Virus record (IMG/VR): IMGVR_UViG_3300044981_000387
Span: 32,001 to 96,000 of that record
Origin: a virus
Length of the DNA: 64,000 nucleotides
Direction: 5' to 3' (one strand)
This document shows positions 28,090 through 34,649 of this stretch, piece after piece. The notes under the pieces are model-generated. The model had not been told where the DNA came from, did no database searches, and worked only from the letters and a program-made list of their open reading frames with translations. How positions within the stretch are numbered: the stretch's first letter is position 1; each line of letters starts with the position of its first letter. The translations under genes were made by a program, and so were the position numbers.

Positions 28090-28638
28090 TTATGCCTTAC
28101 TTTTAGTAGGAGACACGATAAGCCACATAAACTTACCTTCAAGGGAAATCTGTGGATTTGGTTGAATTAGTCCATCTAATTCTTTAACGATAAAATCTAA
28201 TTTTTCTTTACCAATATTAGAATGAGTTATTTCGCGACCCCTAAACCTAACCGTAAACTTGACCCTATTGCCATCTTCCAAAAACCCTTTAGCTTGTTCT
28301 AGCTTGTGGTTTAAGTCGTTTTCGTCAGTTGAAGGTCTAAAAGTAAGCTCCTTTAATTCCTGCACCGTTTGGTTCTTTTTGGCAGCTTGTTGCTTTTTCT
28401 TTTCTTCATATTTCATCTTGCCAAAATCGGCGATGCGACACACTGGGGGCACGGCTTTTGGATTAATTTCAATTAAATCTAGACCTTCATCTTGAGCTAG
28501 CTTGAGGGCCTCTCGGGTGCCCATGATGCCACCGTTCTTACCATCACTTAAGATAACTTGAACTTGGGGCACTCTTATATGGTGATTAATACGAGTCCTA
28601 TATTGTTGCTGTTGTTGATTATTGGCGGTGGTCTGCAT
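28090..28638 (-). CDS. infC: translation initiation factor IF-3
   Basis: RINHHIR, GLDLIEINPKAVPPVCRIADFGK, KELTFRP, VKFTVRFRGRE. Confidence 0.95.
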   Translation of the reverse strand: MQTTANNQQQQQYRTRINHHIRVPQVQVILSDGKNGGIMGTREALKLAQDEGLDLIEINPKAVPPVCRIADFGKMKYEEKKKQQAAKKNQTVQELKELTFRPSTDENDLNHKLEQAKGFLEDGNRVKFTVRFRGREITHSNIGKEKLDFIVKELDGLIQPNPQISLEGKFMWLIVSPTKSKA

Positions 28639-29131
28639 TTATTGCGAGTTTCTCCTGTAATACTTCTTGGGCTGCTTGTAGTAAATCTTCTTTGCGATTA
28701 GTAGTATAAAATTGACCGATAATATTTCGGGTATTATAAACCTCATAACCCATATCTGTCAAGAGTTGAAAGACTTTGTCGTGAGTGGGCTCTACCACAA
28801 TTTTATCTAATTCTAGAGCCACAGCTAATGGACAAAAATTACCGTTTTCATAGTTAAATGAATCTAACACCATTTCACCTGGATAATCAATGACTCTTTG
28901 TAATTGTTCAGTAGTTAATTGTCGCAAGCCGTTTTTAAGGCCAGTTTTGCGTGGGTCTTCAAGAGGGTGAAGATTTTTTACCGAGCATGGAGCACTATAG
29001 CCTTTGTCAAACTTAACCATTACAGTCTCATAAGGCGTTCCTTCACCATCGTGAGCGCCCTCGACGAAACCATTTTCTCCATCCAGTCCAGTTTTCATAC
29101 CTTTATATTTGACGTATGATCCTATTTTCAT
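28619..29131 (-). CDS. hypothetical protein
   Basis: 170-aa ORF, SH3-like N-terminus. Confidence 0.6.
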   Translation of the reverse strand: MKIGSYVKYKGMKTGLDGENGFVEGAHDGEGTPYETVMVKFDKGYSAPCSVKNLHPLEDPRKTGLKNGLRQLTTEQLQRVIDYPGEMVLDSFNYENGNFCPLAVALELDKIVVEPTHDKVFQLLTDMGYEVYNTRNIIGQFYTTNRKEDLLQAAQEVLQEKLAINADHRQ

Positions 29132-29299
29132 TTATTCCATCTTGCTCAATTTATAAATCAAAGAATACATTTCAGCTTGAAGTTTTTCAGCAGAAATGCT
29201 TTTACCATCGGCGCCAGTTTTTACAACGCCTGTTTTATGACGAGTTTCTAGCTCTTCGCGTAAAGCTTTAATTTGGCTTTGTAATTCTAATCTGGTCAT
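29132..29299 (-). CDS. small hypothetical protein (55 aa, not in ORF track)
   Basis: MTRLELQSQIKALREELETRHKTG...; TGATATATAA motif directly upstream. Confidence 0.65.
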   Translation of the reverse strand: MTRLELQSQIKALREELETRHKTGVVKTGADGKSISAEKLQAEMYSLIYKLSKME

Positions 29300-29320
29300 G
29301 GTAAATTATATATCATTCTA

Positions 29321-29566
29321 TTAGCTATCATTTTTAGCAAAAGACTTGCCTAAATAATATAATCCAATAAAGGGACTAGCAGCACACATAACCAGCAAAA
29401 CAAGAGGCCAGGCAGCAGCTATAATAAATGTTATCATTAACATAGCGTCGCTATCATCATAAAATGCATTAGGATCTTTAGGGGCTTTCTTACCTGCTAT
29501 GAAGGCTCCAATACCCATAATTATAATTGACACCATTATCCAAATAACTACATATACGCTTATCAT
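29321..29566 (-). CDS. small membrane protein (paralog of the next gene)
   Basis: two hydrophobic helices, AAAWPLVL...SPFIGLYYLGK. Confidence 0.7.
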   Translation of the reverse strand: MISVYVVIWIMVSIIIMGIGAFIAGKKAPKDPNAFYDDSDAMLMITFIIAAAWPLVLLVMCAASPFIGLYYLGKSFAKNDS

Positions 29567-29569
29567 ATT

Positions 29570-29803
29570 TTATTTCCTTGTGGCTAAAAAACGACCCATA
29601 TGATACAGGGCTACAAAAGGTGCCATCGCACAAGCTAGCGCCAATACTCCGGGCCAGGTGGCAGCCAACCAAAAAGCAGGCACCATTATGCTTTCAGCTT
29701 CTTTAATTTTGCCACTAGCTTTTTGATAACCAGCTACCACAGCTCCAATGGCAATAATCACTGGCATCATACCAAAATATATAGTAAAATACAAATCAAT
29801 CAT
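29570..29803 (-). CDS. small membrane protein
   Basis: two hydrophobic helices, AATWPGVL...APFVALYHMGR. Confidence 0.7.
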   Translation of the reverse strand: MIDLYFTIYFGMMPVIIAIGAVVAGYQKASGKIKEAESIMVPAFWLAATWPGVLALACAMAPFVALYHMGRFLATRK

Positions 29804-29821
29804 ACATTTCCTTAATTAAGT

Positions 29822-29895
29822 TGGAGGGCCTTCCGGGAGTTAAACCCAGCTCTGCGAGTTTAGAGTTCGCGGCACAATCGCTATACCAAAAGCCC
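29822..29895 (-). tRNA. amber suppressor tRNA (anticodon CUA), copy 1; amino acid identity unknown (U73)
   Basis: GGGCTTT/AAGGCCC acceptor, GTAT/GTGC D-stem, GCGAA-CT CTA AA-CTCGC, CTGGG-TTTAACT-CCCGG, T-CCA, 74 nt. Confidence 0.85.
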
Positions 29896-29903
29896 CTTTA
29901 TCT

Positions 29904-30116
29904 TCAGTTCAAGTTGGTAAATTGTTTAATCGGAGGGTTTTTGACTTCATCCAATGTGGGCAATTCTTCTTTATTTAATTCTGCCTCAAACTCTTGTCTT
30001 TGACGATCGGCTCTCTTCTCAAACCAATCTTCCGCAAAACGCCATACAACACCCAAAACTGCACCCGCCAATACTACCAAACCCATTAGTTCTACTAACC
30101 ACATGACTTGCCTCAA
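29904..30116 (-). CDS. small single-pass membrane protein
   Basis: N-terminal hydrophobic helix followed by a charged tail. Confidence 0.65.
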   Translation of the reverse strand: MRQVMWLVELMGLVVLAGAVLGVVWRFAEDWFEKRADRQRQEFEAELNKEELPTLDEVKNPPIKQFTNLN

Positions 30117-31078
30117 CTTAATGCCATCATTCGATTGATGGACAACCTAGCACCATTCATCAATTCCTCTGACATTATTATCTGAGGATCCAAATCTCTT
30201 AAAGAGAGATATACCTTCTCCAAAGTATTCTTCTTCATGTAAGGGCACTCATTGCAAGCGCAGCTGGCTTCCGGAGGAGCTGGAATAAAAATTTTATCAG
30301 GGCAAGCTTTACGCATCTGATGTAGGATACCCGATTCTGTGGCCACAATAAACTCGGAAGCGGAACTGGATACCGCATATTTGAGTAGTCCAGTGGTGGA
30401 TGAAATATGATCTGCCATATTAAGAATGGCTTCCTCGCATTCCGGATGAGCAATAATGAGGGCTTGCGGATGTCGAGTTTTGAGAGCAATCAACTTTCTT
30501 TGACTGAAAGTCTCATGCACCACACAGGTGCCTTGCCACAAAACCATGGGAATGTCGGTCTTTTTGATAATATAGGCTCCCAGGTGCTTATCGGGAGCAA
30601 ACAGCAGTTGTGAGCCATTCTGGGCGGCATGTCTAACAATTTTTTCGGCATTGGAAGAGGTGCAAATATAATCGGATAAGGCCTTGACTTCCGCCGAACA
30701 GTTGATGTAGCTAATAACAATGGAATCGGGATATTGAGCTTTCCAATGGGCAAACTGATCGGCAGGACAACCGTCAGCTAAAGAACAGCCAGCCGTTAAG
30801 TCGGGAAGCACCACTATTTTATTGGGACTAAGAATCTTGGCGGTTTCAGCCATAAAATGGACACCGCAAAAACATATAGTGTCAGCGTTAGTAGCGGCAG
30901 CTTGTTGCGACAGTTGCAAAGAATCACCAATAAAGTCGGCTACATCTTGAATGTCGGAATCTTGATAATAATGGGCCAAGATAACGGCATTACGACTTTT
31001 CTTCAGCTTATCAATCTCTGCTTCCAAATCGAGAGAAGGATCGACATACGGCTGATTGAGAATCGGTAGATTATTCAT
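30113..31078 (-). CDS. nadA: quinolinate synthase
   Basis: VILAHYYQ, FCGVHFMAETAKILSP, AGCSLAD, YINCSA, CTSSNA, CVVH, AHPEC, CNECPYMK. Confidence 0.96.
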   Translation of the reverse strand: MNNLPILNQPYVDPSLDLEAEIDKLKKSRNAVILAHYYQDSDIQDVADFIGDSLQLSQQAAATNADTICFCGVHFMAETAKILSPNKIVVLPDLTAGCSLADGCPADQFAHWKAQYPDSIVISYINCSAEVKALSDYICTSSNAEKIVRHAAQNGSQLLFAPDKHLGAYIIKKTDIPMVLWQGTCVVHETFSQRKLIALKTRHPQALIIAHPECEEAILNMADHISSTTGLLKYAVSSSASEFIVATESGILHQMRKACPDKIFIPAPPEASCACNECPYMKKNTLEKVYLSLRDLDPQIIMSEELMNGARLSINRMMALS

Positions 31079-31280
31079 TTATCACAGCCAATTCATCAGA
31101 AATGAAACGAACACTGACATCAAAATATTCTTTTCCATTATCTACCACTGGATTATCAAGAAGAACTTTGATGGTACCCGCGCCTTCCCAACCCTCATCG
31201 ATCAAGACAATTTTACCCATACGATTATGAAAGCGCTCTTCGTTAGGAGTATTTACTTTAACACGATCATTAACTTTCAT
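31071..31280 (-). CDS. small hypothetical protein (SH3-like)
   Basis: 69-aa ORF. Confidence 0.55.
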   Translation of the reverse strand: MKVNDRVKVNTPNEERFHNRMGKIVLIDEGWEGAGTIKVLLDNPVVDNGKEYFDVSVRFISDELAVINE

Positions 31281-31489
31281 CTGATACTCCTATAGCCTTT
31301 ATTGAAACACTCATCCATATCCAAATCGTGATGAATTAGTCTCAGCTTACAACCATAATGTAGTTGAAGCCAAGTATAGATAGTTTCATCTTTGTCTAAC
31401 AAATAAGCATGCGTGCATTCCACACTATCAACGAAAATATCCAACATTTCTTTGTGCTCATCGCACACAGCTTTATACCAAGTCTTCAT
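31277..31489 (-). CDS. hypothetical protein
   Basis: likely start MKTWY at 31489. Confidence 0.55.
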   Translation of the reverse strand: MKTWYKAVCDEHKEMLDIFVDSVECTHAYLLDKDETIYTWLQLHYGCKLRLIHHDLDMDECFNKGYRSIR

Positions 31490-31787
31490 TTTCCTTAACA
31501 AGCTCCAAATCGGCACCCTCATGACCGTTGCCACCCGACCAATTAGAAAGAACAATTTTACTTCCCAATTCTTGTTCTACTTGTCCAATGGCCCAATCAA
31601 GATCTAAGTCCCAAATCCAAATATTAAGATACACTGGCACGCCATCTAAAAAAATAATAGTGGCAGAACCTTCTTTACCTTTGCCGCCAGTAAACGATAT
31701 ATCTGTATATGTAATTCGTGGATCTGGCTCGGGATCTGGAAAACCATCTATTTTGTTGATCATTTTATAATATTCAGATAGTTTCAT
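31473..31787 (-). CDS. hypothetical protein
   Basis: likely start MKLSE at 31787. Confidence 0.55.
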   Translation of the reverse strand: MKLSEYYKMINKIDGFPDPEPDPRITYTDISFTGGKGKEGSATIIFLDGVPVYLNIWIWDLDLDWAIGQVEQELGSKIVLSNWSGGNGHEGADLELVKENEDLV

Positions 31788-31983
31788 TTTCCAATTCTTC
31801 TTTCCATTTTTCATTGCAGGAATCTTTATGACATAATTCATGGGGCCAACCCATAGTGGCAAAATCCCATTTACCTTCCAATAAGAGCAAAACATCTCGT
31901 GGCAAAACATATCCCATGCTTTCATAAATGGGTGTGCCACAATATATGCATTGTCGTTGAGCCATAAAAGGTAATTGAATCAT
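31774..31983 (-). CDS. hypothetical zinc-binding protein
   Basis: CIYCG...C. Confidence 0.55.
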   Translation of the reverse strand: MIQLPFMAQRQCIYCGTPIYESMGYVLPRDVLLLLEGKWDFATMGWPHELCHKDSCNEKWKEELENETI

Positions 31984-32228
31984 AAATCCCGATAATCCTT
32001 CAGATCTTCTTTATAATCTTCCCAACCTCGCACTCGTAGTGCTCGTTGTGCTCCTCTTTTAGCTTTAACATATCCTCGATGTTGCAATTTTTTAATAATA
32101 GCTTTGCGTTCTTTGGAATAAGAGCAGTCTTCCATAAATTGCTTGAAGGTAGAATATCCCGCCGCAAATAAACATAAGGCTTCTTCCGAAGAGGAGTCGC
32201 CGAAAAATACTTCCCAATTTATTCTCAT
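31980..32228 (-). CDS. hypothetical protein
   Basis: SD GGGAG immediately after the CUA tRNA. Confidence 0.6.
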   Translation of the reverse strand: MRINWEVFFGDSSSEEALCLFAAGYSTFKQFMEDCSYSKERKAIIKKLQHRGYVKAKRGAQRALRVRGWEDYKEDLKDYRDL

Positions 32229-32241
32229 TTATCTTCTCCCT

Positions 32242-32314
32242 TGGCGCCCCTAGCGAATCCTGACATCGCATCAACCGTTTTAGAGACGGGGCTCTTCCTT
32301 TGAGCTATAGGAGC
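32242..32314 (-). tRNA. atypical amber tRNA (anticodon CUA), copy 2; G73, non-canonical T-loop
   Basis: GCTCCTA/TAGGGGC acceptor, GCTC-AAAGGAA-GAGC D-arm, CCGT-CT CTA AA-ACGG, GCGA(T)-GTCAGGA-(T)TCGC T-arm, G-CCA, 73 nt. Confidence 0.8.
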
Positions 32315-32323
32315 ATGATATTG

Positions 32324-32656
32324 TCATTTTAATGCTAGCGGCAAGTTGCTGCATAACTTTTTGCTTTCAATTCCGGGTGCCAGAGCAATGGCAGTCAATG
32401 AATCATTAAGATCGGGCTCTCGAAAGCCTTCGTTGGGAATATAGAGTTCAGCGGCTCGTCGCAATAACTCCGTCAATGCGGCTTCATTTTCTGCCGCTAA
32501 TATACAAATATATTCGGAATTATCCATCCAGTCGTTGGTAGCATGTTTATATTCCGTAGCAAATCTAAATGCCACATGGCAGGCTTGGGCTAATTGGGCG
32601 CCAGGTGGTAAATCTTTTCTTACAACAATGTATAATTTATCGTTCTACGAACACAT
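32324..32656 (-). CDS. PTH2-fold (peptidyl/aminoacyl-tRNA hydrolase-like) protein with in-frame TAG at codon 4 (readthrough predicted)
   Basis: ATG TGT TCG TAG AAC GAT AAA TTA TAC ATT GTT GTA AGA AAA GAT TTA CCA CCT GGC GCC CAA TTA GCC CAA GCC TGC CAT gives MCS*NDKLYIVVRKDLPPGAQLAQACH, the conserved PTH2 N-terminal motif missed by the ORF track; ATG lies 2 nt after the upstream TAA. Confidence 0.85.
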
Positions 32657-32658
32657 AT

Positions 32659-32826
32659 TTATTCTCTTTCGTCTTTGTTTAATATTTCGGAAAAATGTTG
32701 CTCCAACTCTGCTTTTAATTGTTGAGCCTCCAATTTTTCTTTCAGCTGTTTGTCAGTTAATTTTATCACTTTACAACAGCATCCAGAATCATCGTCCCAT
32801 TTATTATCGTTTTTGCCATACCACAT
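32659..32826 (-). CDS. small hypothetical protein (55 aa, not in ORF track)
   Basis: MWYGKNDNKWDDDSGCCCKVIKLTDKQLKEKLEAQQ...; TGATATATAA upstream; ends 2 nt before the PTH2-like ATG. Confidence 0.65.
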   Translation of the reverse strand: MWYGKNDNKWDDDSGCCCKVIKLTDKQLKEKLEAQQLKAELEQHFSEILNKDERE

Positions 32827-32855
32827 ACTGAATTATATATCAACTTATTAATACG

Positions 32856-33038
32856 TTAATTACAAAAATGCATACTGCCTACAATAGGTTTATTTACTTG
32901 CACCAATGTATGACAGTCATAACATACCTGATAGATCTTACTTCCTAAAACAATACTGTTGCCGTTAAATAAATCTTGTTGCAACTTATCAGGCAACGAT
33001 GAGATCCAAGAAGGACCATAAATAGTTTGATATTTCAT
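32856..33038 (-). CDS. small hypothetical protein
   Basis: 60-aa ORF starting just after the tmRNA 3' end. Confidence 0.6.
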   Translation of the reverse strand: MKYQTIYGPSWISSLPDKLQQDLFNGNSIVLGSKIYQVCYDCHTLVQVNKPIVGSMHFCN

Positions 33039-33046
33039 TTTTTATT

Positions 33047-33404
33047 TGGTGGAGTCGTCGCGGCACTGCCCCGCGAGTCCGAAATACTTCTTCAATAAAA
33101 CTCATTCACAGACCTAGCTAATGGACTTAGTCATCAGCACCAAAGTTAGATACTCGCTCTAACGGGTCATCTACTGTTATTTTCATTAGTGAGAATCGTA
33201 GCCCTTCTTACTAACTATCTTTAGTTGGGTTTGCGCTCTTTTGGTTACGAAAGATATCTACCATTAGAACGTGAAGTGCAATTAAGCGGCTTCAGCAAAT
33301 ACCATATCGTCGGCATCTAAACGTTAATTGCTTTTAGAGGGGCAATCATCCTCTGTCTGTATCATTTAATCGATTCTTTATCCCGTCGAATCTAAGTCGA
33401 CCCC
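33047..33404 (-). ncRNA. ssrA: tmRNA (SsrA), tag peptide (A)ADDMVFAEAA
   Basis: 5' GGGGTCGACTTAGATTCGACGGGA; 3' CGACTCCACCA with G3-U acceptor pair; tag ORF GCC GAC GAT ATG GTA TTT GCT GAA GCC GCT TAA at 33314-33282. Confidence 0.92.
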
Positions 33405-33415
33405 ATATTATGGAC

Positions 33416-33489
33416 TGGAGCTAATGATGAGAATCAAACTCATATGACTGCGATACGAATGCAGCGTAATATCACTATACGACATTAGC
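33416..33489 (-). tRNA. tRNA-Thr(CGT)
   Basis: GCTAATG/CATTAGC acceptor, CTGCA-TT CGT AT-CGCAG, ATGAG-TTTGATT-CTCAT, T-CCA. Confidence 0.8.
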
Positions 33490-33494
33490 TTATG

Positions 33495-33569
33495 TGGAGC
33501 CCAAGTCGAGAGTCAAACTCGATTTTCATCATTACCAATGATGAGTAATAGTCGTTATACTACATGGGC
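33495..33569 (-). tRNA. tRNA-Thr(GGT)
   Basis: GCCCATG/CTTGGGC acceptor, CATCA-TT GGT AA-TGATG, TCGAG-TTTGACT-CTCGA, T-CCA. Confidence 0.85.
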
Positions 33570-33573
33570 TTAT

Positions 33574-33648
33574 TGGAGCTGGTTGTGAGAATCGAACTCA
33601 CGTCTCTGATTTACAAGGCCAGGGTCCTACCATTGAAACGAAACCAGC
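33574..33648 (-). tRNA. tRNA-Thr(TGT)
   Basis: GCTGGTT/AACCAGC acceptor, AATGGTA D-loop, CT TGT AA loop, GTGAG-TTCGATT-CTCAC, T-CCA. Confidence 0.92.
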
Positions 33649-33660
33649 TTACTCTGTCAT

Positions 33661-33689
33661 AATATAACGCAATATTAGTAGGTTGTCAA
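33661..33689 (-). promoter_or_regulatory. sigma70-type promoter of the tRNA-Thr/tmRNA operon
   Basis: TTGACA-17 nt-TATATT, 12 nt upstream of the first tRNA. Confidence 0.75.
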
Positions 33690-33747
33690 GCCCACCTCAA
33701 TTTTTAATTTTAGAAGAAGTTAGGTGCCAGCCATCGCAAGTTTCACA

Positions 33748-33776
33748 TTTATAAACACTAAGATCTTTGTTGTCAA
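33748..33776 (-). promoter_or_regulatory. second tandem sigma70-type promoter
   Basis: TTGACA-17 nt-TATAAA. Confidence 0.65.
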
Positions 33777-33848
33777 GCAATAAAATTGCCGTATCTGCAT
33801 CTTTCCAGGTATTATATCGATTCTTTTGGGGAAACTCTAAACATTTCT

Positions 33849-34637
33849 TCATAAACTCTCCTGACGAAAAATATCTGAACCGTGCTTAAAAATATTACTC
33901 AAAAAGCTTTGATCTTTAGTAAAAATAGGTGGCTCAGGATTGAGATACCATTTATATCGAGCAGACTCTTCCGATAATTTAGGAACTTTATAACAAGCGG
34001 TCCCTCGACGAAAAGAAACTGGATAATCATTGAAATTAATTTGACATTCTTGATGCAACAAATCAATCTTTTCATCCATACTTAAACCACTTAACATTTC
34101 CTTAATAGCATTCTTATCATGTTTCTTAATTAATTCATAAAGGCAAGCAAATTGAATGGAAGCGTGAAAATTATATTGTTGCTTATAAACCAAAGTATTG
34201 ATAGCTTCTCCAATAGTTGGCACAGCAAACACTTGAGAAGTAAAAATAGGATCATTGGTTAAATTAAGAGATAATTTGGTAGCACAATCATTAAAATGCA
34301 TAGTAGCAATCGCTGCCGTCACCGAAGATATCTTCTGAACACGATTATCATACCAAGGAACGGTATCGGGGTTCTGATCGTTACGCACCACCAACACAAT
34401 TTCGTCATTATACTGATAACCAAAAAGAGCTCCTTCCACTTCCGTACATAAACGCAACATAGTAGATAAAATACATTCCGCAAACTTAGGACAATACGGT
34501 TTATCTAATAATTGGGTTAATTTAGAAAAAGAACGACCATTAACTATTATAATGATAGGCAAACGAGCTAATAGCTTGTAATCAGAGGTAGCTTGGTAGC
34601 TATCTATTCGGTCTTTCAATTTAATATTATTCATCAA
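33849..34637 (-). CDS. Thg1-like tRNA(His) guanylyltransferase / 3'-5' polymerase family protein
   Basis: IIIVNGRSFSKLT (canonical RxDGxxF), GYQYNDEI, WYDNRVQKISS, FRRGT. Confidence 0.88.
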   Translation of the reverse strand: MMNNIKLKDRIDSYQATSDYKLLARLPIIIIVNGRSFSKLTQLLDKPYCPKFAECILSTMLRLCTEVEGALFGYQYNDEIVLVVRNDQNPDTVPWYDNRVQKISSVTAAIATMHFNDCATKLSLNLTNDPIFTSQVFAVPTIGEAINTLVYKQQYNFHASIQFACLYELIKKHDKNAIKEMLSGLSMDEKIDLLHQECQINFNDYPVSFRRGTACYKVPKLSEESARYKWYLNPEPPIFTKDQSFLSNIFKHGSDIFRQESL

Positions 34638-34649
34638 TCTAAATATAAC

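Noticed and set aside
29822-32314. Calling the CUA tRNAs tRNA-Pyl (pyrrolysine system)
   Set aside because: The anticodon loop CTCTAAA matches, but both lack tRNA-Pyl hallmarks (single-nucleotide acceptor/D connector, 6-bp anticodon stem, very small D-loop), and no pylS or pylBCD is in the window.
32535-32831. Plus-strand 98-aa ORF
   Set aside because: It is the antisense shadow of the PTH2-like gene and the upstream 55-aa gene.
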